Positions 1-10,254 are shown, counted from the stretch's first letter. The stretch is DNA of 64,000 nucleotides from Candidatus Andersenbacteria bacterium RIFCSPHIGHO2_02_FULL_46_16 (GCA_001817065.1 MHHQ01000015.1:1017-65016), one strand, 5' to 3'. The notes: generated by a model from the letters alone, not told the origin. Made by a program: numbers and translations.

Positions 1-98
1 CGTTAAATGATCCACCCGTAGACGGATAACTGGACCATCGGACAGAACGATAGAACAATAGGAACACCTGTGTCGGAATTTGATCCGTAGTGTTAGGT

Positions 99-137
99 AG
101 CGTCATACAATTATAAAAATTAATGACGCTTTTTTAT
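99..137 (+). terminator. Rho-independent terminator hairpin (agcgtcat...atgacgct) followed by T-run
   Basis: 8-bp perfect inverted repeat 99-106/123-130 then TTTTTT; paralogous to the hairpin at 577-616. Confidence 0.5.
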
Positions 138-343
138 TACACCTACGCAAAACTACGGGCGTGCGCCCGTAGAGTTTCACTGTTGGCAAGATATGTATGG
201 CTTGAATTGAGAAGCGTTGGGGGTCATTAAGCGTTTGATGAACGTGATCTTGATTTGACATTAAGGGGAGAATCGTATATAAATTTTACGGTTGCGTTCT
301 TTTTATATCCGACCTTGTAGGAACAATTACGGAGGATGAGGCT

Positions 344-550
344 ATGTTAGTACTCTCGAGGAAAAAAAACGAGTCGATCATAATTAATGACGATATCGTG
401 ATTGTGGTAGTTGAGATTCGGGGTGATAAGGTGAGGCTGGGAGTTGAAGCACCGAAGGAGGTTCCTGTACACCGACGTGAGGTATACGATGCGATTCAAC
501 GTCAAAACAGGAAGGTCCAGAATTCGGAGGAGGAAGGTCAAATAGAATAA
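344..550 (+). CDS. csrA: Carbon storage regulator CsrA (RNA-binding global regulator)
   Basis: 68-aa product [48 protein letters not shown] matches the canonical CsrA fold signature; GGAGG 10 nt upstream of ATG. Confidence 0.85.
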   Translation: MLVLSRKKNESIIINDDIVIVVVEIRGDKVRLGVEAPKEVPVHRREVYDAIQRQNRKVQNSEEEGQIE

Positions 551-576
551 TATCATCATTCTTCTCTGTGTTATCC

Positions 577-616
577 GCGTCAGTAGATTTTACAAAAATT
601 TACTGACGCTTTTTTA
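577..616 (+). terminator. Rho-independent terminator after csrA
   Basis: 9-bp perfect inverted repeat gcgtcagta/tactgacgc with 15-nt loop, followed by TTTTTT. Confidence 0.6.
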
Positions 617-774
617 TATTAATTATTTTATGCGTGGTGGCGCGCATGCTTGCACTCTGTTGTTCCTGTATCATAGTAATGTGCTTGGCTTATCGTGTAG
701 CATATCAGAGGAATAACTCGATTTTCTGCTTTTGGAATATCCAGTATAAACTGCAGATAAAGGAGGTGAGTTTT

Positions 775-1395
775 ATGAAGATGAATAATTTTTTCCTAGG
801 TGCAGCAGCGGTGATGATGGTTGTTCCAGCACTAGTGGTTAGTGGAGCGTCTGCAGCCAATGACAGCAAGTTATCCGCAGGAGAGAAAATAACTCCAGCA
901 AGGTGTGATGAAGCAGGGAAGTTGGTGGTTAATGTTAAAGAAAATATCGTTAATACTGTGGATTCGGGCGAGGGTGGTAATTATTGGGCATTTGATGCTA
1001 TGAATCGCCAAATCCAAGTAAGGGACAATGGCGATGGAACATTTTGTGTGGTGATGCGCAATGAGGGAAAGTTTGATGCTCAAGCTGGTCAAACCAGTCC
1101 TGGTGTTGGCGGTATACTGGATGGTGATGAGGACGGTACATATCGTGGCGGGTACCGCGCGACAATTACCGGAACGTTGAGGGCGACGCCGGATTGGCGA
1201 ACTAATGGTTCAGTGGGCACAACCGATTACGAATGCGATATCTCCGGCGCTTGTCCGGGTTATGTAAACTGGGCAGGTCAGTATTTTGAACCTGGTTATG
1301 GTTTTACCTATGACTGGTGGGGCTGGATTTATTCCGCAGGTAAAAACGGAAAATGGCTTAATTCCTCTGATGGAAATTCAGGCGACATCTTATAA
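775..1395 (+). CDS. Secreted hypothetical protein (signal peptide, Gly/Trp/Tyr-rich)
   Basis: Strong SD AAAGGAGG 7 nt upstream of ATG 775; N-terminal MKMNNFFLGAAAVMMVVPALVVSGASA signal-peptide-like; ORF track frame 634-1395. Confidence 0.6.
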   Translation: MKMNNFFLGAAAVMMVVPALVVSGASAANDSKLSAGEKITPARCDEAGKLVVNVKENIVNTVDSGEGGNYWAFDAMNRQIQVRDNGDGTFCVVMRNEGKFDAQAGQTSPGVGGILDGDEDGTYRGGYRATITGTLRATPDWRTNGSVGTTDYECDISGACPGYVNWAGQYFEPGYGFTYDWWGWIYSAGKNGKWLNSSDGNSGDIL

Positions 1396-1440
1396 AGATT
1401 ATTAGTTTGGGCGTTTTTGCCTGAATTATTAGGGAGTAAA

Positions 1441-1478
1441 AAACACGAAAGTACAGATGTACTCTCGTGTTTTTTTGG
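1441..1478 (+). terminator. Rho-independent terminator
   Basis: acacgaaagtac...gtactctcgtgt imperfect hairpin followed by TTTTTTT. Confidence 0.5.
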
Positions 1479-1578
1479 AGGAAAGGGGGTGATTAAGGAT
1501 ATGCAAATGATGAATTGTTTGATAAAAAAGGTGATATTTCTGTTGACGTGCTAGGGCTATTTTTGCTAGGTTAGAAAT

Positions 1579-1677
1579 ATGAATTTGGCACTAGCACAAA
1601 TGGGTTGGTTTATTCTGTTTATGATTATGCTGTTCGTGATGAGCGAACGCGTGCTAGGTATTGATGTAAGAGCCTGA
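1579..1677 (+). CDS. Possible 32-aa hydrophobic peptide (MNLALAQMGWFILFMIMLFVMSERVLGIDVRA)
   Basis: Short ORF predicted to form a single TM helix, followed 30 nt later by a strong terminator (1707-1744); weak RBS; not in the supplied ORF track (<60 aa). Confidence 0.2.
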   Translation: MNLALAQMGWFILFMIMLFVMSERVLGIDVRA

Positions 1678-1706
1678 AGAATTAACATAAATAGACCTTT
1701 ACATGA

Positions 1707-1744
1707 GCCCCTAGCACACAGCTAGGGGCTTTTCGTTCTTTTCA
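1707..1744 (+). terminator. Rho-independent terminator
   Basis: cccctagc acac gctagggg hairpin followed by cttttcgttctttt. Confidence 0.6.
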
Positions 1745-1775
1745 CTTTCAAGATCTGTATTACGGAGATAATGAG

Positions 1776-2822
1776 ATGTACGTTAGAACAAGATCTGTAT
1801 TACGGAGAGAAATTTCCGAGCGTCGTCAGCAGCAACGAGAAATTGCGGAAAAGCGTGACGGATATATCTGTACGAAGTACGGCATAGCAAGTTTCTCGCG
1901 ATTGGTTGATGAGTATCTAGGCACTCTGCGCAGGGAGGACAAATGCACTGCATTGTTGTGTCGGCACATTGCTTCACCGACAATGGAGGCGCTGGCTTGC
2001 TACTTCGTGTGCAACAACGTCGGGATGTCTCCAGCCGCTGTGGAGTTAGTTTGTGATGGATTTCAGCTGGGAAAGAATCCGGAGAAACTGGCGTTGGTCA
2101 AGCAGCTATGGGTGCGTCGGTCGGCTAAGGGCAACATTGTGAGACAGTACAAAAAACCGTGCCAAAAACGGCAGCCCCTAACATCCTTGGAGCATCGACC
2201 ATTTAAGGACATTGTCACGGATGATGGATCTTCATTGGTTGGCCTTCACCATCAATACCATCAGCAAGTTTTCGGCGATTATCTGGTTCCCCGGCTGGAT
2301 GCATCTAAATTTTTTCAGGCATGCCTGAAACAAGCGACGGGTAAGCCGGAAACAGTTTTCGTACAATGTACTGATGGTTTGGAGTCGGAGGTAAATTATT
2401 GTCGGTTACGGCAAGCCCAAGCGGAGGCGACGTGTGACAAGTTTACTGTCCTTAATGTTAAGAATCAGCCGAAGACTGTTGACCAGGTTTTGGATGGAAA
2501 GATTCGACCTCCGGCCAAGTGGTATTACCCGTTGTACTTGTGTTTGTTTCTGGACGGCACGTTTGCCTTGCTCGAGAGCTTTGACGATCCCAGTTTGGAT
2601 GACAAAGTGCCCAGCATTTGGCGTCATGCGATGGAGGAGATTAAGCGATCGACTGGTGTCTGGTCTTTGATTGTCGAGGTGCCTTGTACGACGGAGATGA
2701 ACCATTATCCGCAAAGAATAATTGACAACGGGATTGACAGTGCCGCCGTGTCTATTAACGGAGAAGAGGACCTGAATGTACTTTTTAGACAGACAACGAC
2801 TGCTTTAGGCGAAAATTTATAA
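1776..2822 (+). CDS. Hypothetical Cys-rich protein (348 aa)
   Basis: Long ORF in track; no recognisable family; start codon lies within a 20-bp direct repeat. Confidence 0.45.
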   Translation: MYVRTRSVLRREISERRQQQREIAEKRDGYICTKYGIASFSRLVDEYLGTLRREDKCTALLCRHIASPTMEALACYFVCNNVGMSPAAVELVCDGFQLGKNPEKLALVKQLWVRRSAKGNIVRQYKKPCQKRQPLTSLEHRPFKDIVTDDGSSLVGLHHQYHQQVFGDYLVPRLDASKFFQACLKQATGKPETVFVQCTDGLESEVNYCRLRQAQAEATCDKFTVLNVKNQPKTVDQVLDGKIRPPAKWYYPLYLCLFLDGTFALLESFDDPSLDDKVPSIWRHAMEEIKRSTGVWSLIVEVPCTTEMNHYPQRIIDNGIDSAAVSINGEEDLNVLFRQTTTALGENL

Positions 2823-2872
2823 TCGCTCGAGAGTTGTTTGCCACAGGGTGTCATTTATGACATCCTTTTTTT

Positions 2873-3835
2873 ATGTCTAAACAAACCATCAGAACTAAGC
2901 AAATACTACTTTTAATTAAGAAGCTAGTGTCTTTTTCGCCGCGGCAGGAGGAAAATGAGACCGCGTGCGCTGAGTTTATTAAAAGCTGGCTTAGTGAACA
3001 GAATTTGTCATTCTCAGTACAAAAATTTACGACGCTTATTCCGCATATTGAGCAGGCATCCCTATTGGCTGATGGCCAGGAGCTTGAGTGTGCGGGCTGT
3101 TCTTTTGTCAGCGGGGAAATAAATAATGCGAATAACATTATTAGCTCGCTGGCTGATATTCCTTCAGATTGGATAGAACCAAATATAAATTTCAATCCTC
3201 GCTGTCCTGCCCTATCGCGCAGCTATTATTACTGGGCGCCAGCATTGGCTGTTCGGCCGCGGGATCTAAATAAGATTATTAAAGCCAAGCAAATAAAAGG
3301 AATAGTTCAGGTGAGACCGGTAAACCGGCCGGCGGAAAATATTCTGGTGGGTAATATGGTGGCACCGCAGCAGATAGTGATTGCCCATTATGATTCCATT
3401 GCAGTGGGGGCGACAGACAATGCTTCAGGTACGGCAGTGGTGATGACGTTGATTCAGGAACATCCGGAACTGGCCAAAGATAATTTGTTTGTCTTGTCAG
3501 CAGACGAAGAGCTGTCCTACGACAAGCCTTATTATTGGGGTCATGGCTTTCGGATGTTCGAGGGGAATTATGGAGAAGTGATGGAGAAGTGTCAGCAAAT
3601 AATTGTGGTTGATAGCGTGGGCAATACGACAAATACCATGAAGCGAGATGAGTATCTCACAAAACTGGCTTTCCCGATCAAGAATCTTGATAAGTGGATG
3701 AATAAAATATCCCTCTGCTGTGGAGATATAGATAAATTATTGAGTGTTTATCACTCCGAGCTTGATTTAGATGGTCAACTTAAGGAAAAACAATTACAAC
3801 AGGCAGTGAAATTATTGCGTTCCTCGTTAAATTAA
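2873..3835 (+). CDS. M28/M20-type metallopeptidase-like protein
   Basis: Motif IAHYDSIAVGATDNASGTAVVM resembles the HxD...G-x-DN-SG zinc-aminopeptidase signature. Confidence 0.55.
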   Translation: MSKQTIRTKQILLLIKKLVSFSPRQEENETACAEFIKSWLSEQNLSFSVQKFTTLIPHIEQASLLADGQELECAGCSFVSGEINNANNIISSLADIPSDWIEPNINFNPRCPALSRSYYYWAPALAVRPRDLNKIIKAKQIKGIVQVRPVNRPAENILVGNMVAPQQIVIAHYDSIAVGATDNASGTAVVMTLIQEHPELAKDNLFVLSADEELSYDKPYYWGHGFRMFEGNYGEVMEKCQQIIVVDSVGNTTNTMKRDEYLTKLAFPIKNLDKWMNKISLCCGDIDKLLSVYHSELDLDGQLKEKQLQQAVKLLRSSLN

Positions 3836-4238
3836 TATTTGTTGGTCAGGGAGAGTGATTCTGGAAGGACAGTGAGGAGGAAACTGTGTACGGGGCATAA
3901 GCTTTGTCTTTTGGCCGAACTGCCCAATGCTAATTTTTAGAGCCATCGGGGCTGATGTATGCTAAAGGGACTAGTGTTCAGCGATGGAGGATGGTGAAAA
4001 TGGGATGCTGGGGGAGACGGCTTTACTACCTATTGGGAAGATTATCAGGTGGTTAATCAGGGAGGCGGCGCTGGTGGGAATGGCATGGAGAGGACTCTTG
4101 ATAACTGCCGGAATGCTTCGTTAGGGGAACGGAGCTTTTTTATTAAACGAATGTACGGGTAAGCGTGTTTTATTATTGCCGAAACTAATTCTAGCTGGGG
4201 ATTGGTTAATGAATAAAAGAATTAGTTTTTGATCTATT

Positions 4239-4601
4239 TTATTCTTCCTTGTCTGTCAGTTTCTGTAATAGTTCACGCTTGGCTGCGTCGGCTTCCGCGC
4301 CGTCCACTGAGTCGGATGAATCTTGTTTGAATTCCCGAGCTACTTCGATAACATCTCGCTCTGTGATGCCACCGCCGCTGCGTTGTCGCAGACGCTTCAT
4401 GATGGCTTTTTTATCCTCGCCACTAAGAATGCCAATGTTGTTTAAAGCATGTTTAATATCCAGGCGTGATAGTTTGTCTTTATTGGAAGTAAAAAATAAT
4501 CCCATATTATTAATATAATTTAAGCATACAAATTTTTGCGATGGGGTGCTAGGGCATGTGTCTATGGAGAGTAATAGTATAAATGCACTATGCTTGGCCA
4601 A
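4239..4601 (-). CDS. Hypothetical protein with SHOCT-like C-terminal segment
   Basis: ORF track; apparent TTG start at 4601 or ATG at 4505; no SD seen; GILSGEDKKAIMKRLRQRSGGGITERDVIEVAREF resembles a SHOCT short C-terminal domain. Confidence 0.3.
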   Translation of the reverse strand: MAKHSAFILLLSIDTCPSTPSQKFVCLNYINNMGLFFTSNKDKLSRLDIKHALNNIGILSGEDKKAIMKRLRQRSGGGITERDVIEVAREFKQDSSDSVDGAEADAAKRELLQKLTDKEE

Positions 4602-4700
4602 AGGTTGAGAGAAAAGGGAAAATTTAAATATAGGGCGTTGAAGAATGCTTGTTGGGTAATACCTGTTTGGTTATGCGAATGGGTCAAGTTAGGATAAAAC

Positions 4701-7544
4701 ATGATGAGTGACGATGAGCTGAAGCAAACCTGGTGGGAAAGGGAAGGGATTGGTCTGGTGGCGATGCTTATAACCTGGCTAGGATTTTTTTGGCGGCAAA
4801 TATTTAACGGACAGGCTTATTGGCAGGGTGATATCGGTGTAGTCTTTTATCCGCTGGAATTTGTGTATGGAGTGTTTCAGAAAGCACGGCAGCTGCCGGT
4901 TTGGAGTACGGAGTTTGGTTTTGGTCATCCGTTATTAAGTTGGGGACAGTTAGGTTTTTTTACCCCTTTGCATGTGATGCTGCGAGAGATGGGTTTGCAT
5001 GCGCTGACTCTAATACAAGTGTCGATGATGGTGCATTTTGCGGCAGGACTGCTGGGGATGTACTGGTGGCTACGGTGGCGCAGCTGCCGATCGTTGGCAG
5101 CGGCGTTGGGGGCGATCGTGTTTGTTTTTAATGGTTACAATGTTAGTCACATCCTGCATTTAAATTTTTTTATTGGCGTCATGTTGTTGCCTTGGGGATT
5201 GGTGGCGCTGGAGGCCTTGATGAGAAAAGTGACAATAGTACGGGTAATAAATTTAGGAGTGATAACGGCGGTGATAGTGTTGAGTGCGCATGCACAGATC
5301 GCTCTATATTGTCTGCTGCTTATAATGTTGGTTGGTGTGATGTTGGTCGAACGCTGGTCTGTAAAATTACTGCTGGGCTTAGCTACTGCGGCGTTGTTGG
5401 GTGCTATGTTGTCCTCGTTGGCATGGTTGCCATTGCTGGAATTCTTGCCATATCAGGACAGGACAGGAGGCATAACAACACAGGAACTATATAATTTTAG
5501 TTATCCGCCCTGGCAGGCAATTACCTTAATCTTGCCGACTTATTTTGGGGACTTAGGAAGTCACTGGGGGGCAAACAGTTATTTGGAACTGGGATCCTAC
5601 GTTGGAATAATACCATTGCTGCTGGCAGGGGCGGGTTTAGCCTGGAGTAGAGCGCGAGGTAAGAGAGATTATGTAGCTGCGGTAACAATGTTGGTGATAG
5701 GGGCAGTGTTAATATTAGGCCGTTACTCGATTGTTTATCGTTTGTTAGTAGAAAAAGGCTTCTGGCCGCCATTTACTGCACCCAGCCGGTGGCTTTTGTT
5801 GGTGGAGTTTGCGTTGGCGTGGTTAAGCGCTCTTGGACTGAGTAAGTTCAATGGGTTGTTGATTAAAATGGAAAGGCTAGTCGGAATCATTGGTGGATTG
5901 CTGCTTGTGGGGCTGCTGCTGGCGCCATTTGTTTATAGCCAGCACTTAACTAATTGGCAGAGTGTAAAAGGGTGGGAAGTGGGATTGTCGGCAGGCGGTA
6001 TAGGTGTTTTTGTTCTGGGTGGGTTGATTGCAAGAAGACCACTATCAGTAAAGTTTTGGTCATTAATGATAGTGGGGATTGTAGCTCTGACTTTAGTATC
6101 TTTTGGTTGGCAGCTATACCCGATGGTGAACCGGAAAGAGGCTATTAAGCAAACCTCGATAACGCAAGTGCTCCTTGACTATAATAAGCAGCATGTGGTG
6201 CCGGCACGTATATACAGCGATAAAGTATTATTACGCAAAGGAGGAGAAGAAGGGGACGGGCAAGAGTTAGAAACCAAGCGGACCGGTGTATTAAGCAGTG
6301 AGCTTTGGGTGCAACAAGCTGTCCTGGCAGAAGAGAATGACTGGTCGTGCGTGAACTTGGCGATTGAGTCGGACCGCACTGGTGGCGGTATGATCGAGAT
6401 GGCGATAAGGGAGATGGACGGGCAAATGATGGTGCGGCAAGTACAGATATCATCAGGCGAAGTGACGGATGCGGGCCGACAAACGTTTTGTTTTGAGCCG
6501 ATAAAAGATAGTGGCGGGAAGCAGTACTGGATATCGTTTCAGGCAATCCATAACGGGGGGAACATCCAATTGTTTTATTGGCTGGAGGAAAGTGAGCAGA
6601 CTGGGTTGTATTTAGTGAGAGTCGCCAAGCCGACCAAGCAACAAATGGCACAATCAAAGAAGAATGCGCGACTGGCGATGCAGCTACAATATGGCCTGGA
6701 TGTGAATGATGAACAGATGCTGCTGATCAGGCATTTGAATGCGACAGTGGGAGCCAGCGGAGCGAGATGGATTGGTTCAATTTCAATTAGGCGATATCGG
6801 GATTTTGTGAAGGAGCTATTCGCTAATGATCGGGATACGGTTGATGGCGACGGTCAGCATGTGCTGATGAAGAATAGAAAGTTATTTGATTTAGCTGGGG
6901 TGACCCATTTCTCCCAGCGGTTAGAAGAAGGGGTAACGGATGCGATGTTAGATAATGGTTTTCGCTTAGTAAAACAAGAACGGGTACGCGGAGTAAATTA
7001 TCGTTTGTATGAAAATGAGCAGGCGCTGCCCCGGGCATTTATAGTGCCGCGGGCGATTATTGAGTCTAGTGAGCAAGCGACTTTAGCGGCTATGACCCGA
7101 AATGATTTTAATCCTCGTGAGATGGTGTATTTGGAAGATCCGCAGGGAAAGCTAACGACGCATGATCTGCCAGTGGTTGATAAAGTAACGGGGTCAGTAG
7201 AGGTGGTTAAACATGAACCGTCCAGAGTAGACGTGCAGGTGGATATTAATGAAGCAGGGTGGTTGGTGCTAACTGATTCCTATACTCCCTTGTGGCAGGT
7301 GTTGGTGGATGGTCAGCCAGCGGCATTGCTGATTGCTGATCAACTGTTTCGAGCGACTCGTGTGCCGGCTGGTGAGCATGTGGTTTCGTTCCAATATGAG
7401 TCATCCGCAGTGGCGCAAGCACAGCGATTGACCGGGGCTGGTTTATTATTCGGATTAGTTTTGTTTGCATTGAACGGTTTGAATATGAGAAACTTGCTGC
7501 ATGCAGGAAGTACACTTTCAGACAAAAACAAAAGAGAAAATTAG
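4701..7544 (+). CDS. Large polytopic membrane protein, YfhO-like (putative envelope glycosyltransferase)
   Basis: 947 aa with many N-terminal TM helices and a large C-terminal soluble domain; architecture typical of the YfhO family. Confidence 0.45.
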   Translation: MMSDDELKQTWWEREGIGLVAMLITWLGFFWRQIFNGQAYWQGDIGVVFYPLEFVYGVFQKARQLPVWSTEFGFGHPLLSWGQLGFFTPLHVMLREMGLHALTLIQVSMMVHFAAGLLGMYWWLRWRSCRSLAAALGAIVFVFNGYNVSHILHLNFFIGVMLLPWGLVALEALMRKVTIVRVINLGVITAVIVLSAHAQIALYCLLLIMLVGVMLVERWSVKLLLGLATAALLGAMLSSLAWLPLLEFLPYQDRTGGITTQELYNFSYPPWQAITLILPTYFGDLGSHWGANSYLELGSYVGIIPLLLAGAGLAWSRARGKRDYVAAVTMLVIGAVLILGRYSIVYRLLVEKGFWPPFTAPSRWLLLVEFALAWLSALGLSKFNGLLIKMERLVGIIGGLLLVGLLLAPFVYSQHLTNWQSVKGWEVGLSAGGIGVFVLGGLIARRPLSVKFWSLMIVGIVALTLVSFGWQLYPMVNRKEAIKQTSITQVLLDYNKQHVVPARIYSDKVLLRKGGEEGDGQELETKRTGVLSSELWVQQAVLAEENDWSCVNLAIESDRTGGGMIEMAIREMDGQMMVRQVQISSGEVTDAGRQTFCFEPIKDSGGKQYWISFQAIHNGGNIQLFYWLEESEQTGLYLVRVAKPTKQQMAQSKKNARLAMQLQYGLDVNDEQMLLIRHLNATVGASGARWIGSISIRRYRDFVKELFANDRDTVDGDGQHVLMKNRKLFDLAGVTHFSQRLEEGVTDAMLDNGFRLVKQERVRGVNYRLYENEQALPRAFIVPRAIIESSEQATLAAMTRNDFNPREMVYLEDPQGKLTTHDLPVVDKVTGSVEVVKHEPSRVDVQVDINEAGWLVLTDSYTPLWQVLVDGQPAALLIADQLFRATRVPAGEHVVSFQYESSAVAQAQRLTGAGLLFGLVLFALNGLNMRNLLHAGSTLSDKNKREN

Positions 7545-8793
7545 TACCCGGGAAAATTGTCGGGTGTGCGGGCGTGGTAGTTTGCGGTCTGTTTTATCTT
7601 TGGGGGAGCATAGTGTGTCAAATTTTGTCGCGACGAGTGAGGAGGAAGTAGTCAAAGCGCCATTGGAGCTCGTGTTATGCGATGGCGGGACTGGCGGCTG
7701 CGGATTGTTGCAATTGAAGCATACGGTTGATAGCGAAGTGATGTATCGCAATTATTGGTATCGATCGGGTGTGAATCAAACCATGATTGAAGCCTTGGGG
7801 GATGTCGCGCGCAAGGCGGAGTCGTTAGTGCAGCTCAAACCGGGTGACGTGGTGATTGATATTGGCAGCAATGACAATACGCTGCTTAAGTCTTATACGG
7901 TGAATGATTTACAGCTGATCGGTTTTGAGCCAGCGCGATCAATTCTACCCTATGCCACGGAAGGGGCAACCAGGGTAGTGAATGATTATTTTTCGCAAGA
8001 AGGCGTGGTAACGCTGCAACTATCAGGCCGGATCAGAGTAATTACGGCTATTGCCATGTTTTATGACTTGGAGGATCCGAATAAGTTTGTAGCTGATATG
8101 AAAACTTGTCTGGCTGAAGACGGATTGATCGTGATACAACAAGCTTATCTGCCGGTGATGCTAACAGATAATATTTTTGACAATATCTGTCATGAACATT
8201 TGGAGTACTATTCGTTATTGTCCATAGAGGCGTTGCTGGAGCGGCATGGTCTGGAGGTTGTAGATGTCGAGTTGAATGATGTGAATGGCGGCAGTTTTCG
8301 TACTTATATAATGCATAGGGGTGGTCAATTACAGGGCTTGAATCCAGGGGCAAAAGAGAGACTAGAGACAATGCGTCAAAAGGAAAGAGAGATGCAGTTG
8401 GATAGCGAGCAAGTCTATTTAGACTTTGCTAACCGAGTAGAGAGTATTAAGCAGCAAGTGGTTGATTTTATTAGCGGCGAGGTGGCAGCAGGCAAGAAGG
8501 TGTATGTTTATGGGGCTTCAACCAAAGGCAATACGCTCTTACAATATTTTGGATTGGATCATAATTTAATTACAGCCGCGGCGGAGCGGAATCCGGATAA
8601 GTGGGGTAGGCGGACAGTAGGCACAAACATTCCTATCGTTTCGGAAGCAGAAGCGCGAGCAGCTAATCCTGATTATTTTTTGGTGTTGCCGTGGCATTTT
8701 ATGAATGAGTTTAGGCAAAGGGAACGGGCCTGGTTAGCACAGGGGGGTAAATTTATTGTGCCTTTGCCACACTTTGAAATTATTGGTCGGTGA
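7501..8793 (+). CDS. SAM-dependent C-methyltransferase (TylCIII/NDP-hexose C-methyltransferase-like) with N-terminal Zn-ribbon
   Basis: CRVCGRGSL...LCDGGTGGCGLLQL N-terminal Cys cluster followed by YRNYWYRSGVNQTM, as in Methyltransf_13/14 C-methyltransferases; overlaps the upstream gene by 44 nt. Confidence 0.6.
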   Translation: MQEVHFQTKTKEKISTRENCRVCGRGSLRSVLSLGEHSVSNFVATSEEEVVKAPLELVLCDGGTGGCGLLQLKHTVDSEVMYRNYWYRSGVNQTMIEALGDVARKAESLVQLKPGDVVIDIGSNDNTLLKSYTVNDLQLIGFEPARSILPYATEGATRVVNDYFSQEGVVTLQLSGRIRVITAIAMFYDLEDPNKFVADMKTCLAEDGLIVIQQAYLPVMLTDNIFDNICHEHLEYYSLLSIEALLERHGLEVVDVELNDVNGGSFRTYIMHRGGQLQGLNPGAKERLETMRQKEREMQLDSEQVYLDFANRVESIKQQVVDFISGEVAAGKKVYVYGASTKGNTLLQYFGLDHNLITAAAERNPDKWGRRTVGTNIPIVSEAEARAANPDYFLVLPWHFMNEFRQRERAWLAQGGKFIVPLPHFEIIGR

Positions 8794-8842
8794 TGACAGG
8801 TGGTGGTAGTTGCAGGCAGGCGAAAAAACCTGATGTGTCTTA

Positions 8843-9547
8843 CTAGCTAAACTTTATTTTCCAGGGGAGCAAGACGGAGTCGAGGATAATTTTATTGGTC
8901 ATCTTCGATTTGCCTTGATGACGTTTAGGCCATTTGACAGGGTGTTCTCGCAGCTTAAAGCCTTGCTGAGTCAGTTTGAACTTGAGTTCAAAAAGGAAGC
9001 CATAACCGTCGGAGCGAAACTGATTAAGGCCGATGGCACGAAGGACATTAATGGGTATGGCCAGGTAGCCGGTCGTACAGTCCTGGATATGTAAACCGAG
9101 AATGGTCTGAACATAGCGTTGAGCAAATCGGCTGAGCAGCTGTCGCCAGAGGGAGATGCCTGGGAAGGTGGCACGGGTGGTGTGCCGGGAACCGAGACTG
9201 ACATCAGCGCCGGAATCTAAAAGTTTAATCAAATGAGGAATCTCTTGGGGATCGTGGGAAAAGTCAGCATCCATGGTGATAACCGTATCAAATTTATTAT
9301 CGGATATAACTTTATGGAAGCCAGCTAAATATGATTTAGCGAAGCCGCGTTGTTGGTAACGGACTAGCAGGTCCAGGTTGGGAAAGTTAGGTTGCATGGA
9401 GCGGACGATGTTAGCCGTACTGTCAGGTGAGTTGTCATCAATTACCAGGATGGATAGAGAGGGATCGACGGAAAACGTTCGCTCAATTATCGGTTGGATG
9501 TTCTGGGCTTCATTATAGGTGGGAATCAAAACGATAATTTTTCTCAT
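8843..9547 (-). CDS. GT2 family glycosyltransferase (polyprenyl-phosphate sugar synthase-like)
   Basis: MRKIIVLIPTYNEAQNI...VIDDNSPDST...TMDADFSHDP matches the GT2 DXD-type fold signature. Confidence 0.75.
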   Translation of the reverse strand: MRKIIVLIPTYNEAQNIQPIIERTFSVDPSLSILVIDDNSPDSTANIVRSMQPNFPNLDLLVRYQQRGFAKSYLAGFHKVISDNKFDTVITMDADFSHDPQEIPHLIKLLDSGADVSLGSRHTTRATFPGISLWRQLLSRFAQRYVQTILGLHIQDCTTGYLAIPINVLRAIGLNQFRSDGYGFLFELKFKLTQQGFKLREHPVKWPKRHQGKSKMTNKIILDSVLLPWKIKFS

Positions 9548-9693
9548 ATCGTTACGTTAGCAAACAATAACGGAAAAACATATAATACGTCTTCCTTAAA
9601 AGAAAGGTAAAGGAAGATTAAAAACGTTTTTTAGGGCTAGGCAGAGAGCGGATAAATTGGACGGGGTAGTGGGGTAGTTACATACTAAAGATA

Positions 9694-10254
9694 ATGAGTC
9701 ACTATAGACATCAGAAGTATTGGCAGCGTTTTTTGTTGCCGGGAGAATCAATTGTTTTTTGTTTTGGGGTGAGCGGAGCATATCTGATACTGTTTTGGAT
9801 GATACCGGCGATGGTGATGACAGCACTGGCTATATATTCGGTTTTTATAAACGTGATCCTAGGCTTCTTACTGGGGATAGTGGCTGTGAGCGTGTATTTG
9901 CCTATCTTGTACCGGAGATATTTTGTACACTATGCTATAACTGACCGTCGGGTGATGACTAGGGAGGGTCTGTTACACAAAACATTTGTGACGGCTGATT
10001 TACCGTCGGTTACGGATGTAACTATCGATGAATCTTTTCTGGAGAGGGTTTTAACGGGCACCGGGATTGTGGGTATCAATACTGCCGGTAGCAATCGTGT
10101 CGAGCTGCATTTTGATCATGTGAAAAGGCCGTTTGCGCTGAGAAAAGAGATTTATCGGAATCAATATAAGGTAATTGAAGAGCGTAAATTAATGTCGTTG
10201 CAGAAAAACGGATATAGTGAAGAACAAGTTCCGGTGCAGCCGCAAATTTTATAG
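9694..10254 (+). CDS. Membrane protein with bacterial PH domain (bPH_2/YdbS-like)
   Basis: Two TM helices followed by a YAITDRRVMTREGLLHKTFVTADLPSVTDV... PH-like segment. Confidence 0.55.
   Translation: MSHYRHQKYWQRFLLPGESIVFCFGVSGAYLILFWMIPAMVMTALAIYSVFINVILGFLLGIVAVSVYLPILYRRYFVHYAITDRRVMTREGLLHKTFVTADLPSVTDVTIDESFLERVLTGTGIVGINTAGSNRVELHFDHVKRPFALRKEIYRNQYKVIEERKLMSLQKNGYSEEQVPVQPQIL

Noticed and set aside
6145-6657. 170-aa minus-strand ORF inside the YfhO-like gene
   Set aside because: It is antisense to a long well-supported membrane-protein gene and has Ser/Pro-rich low-complexity translation typical of shadow ORFs.
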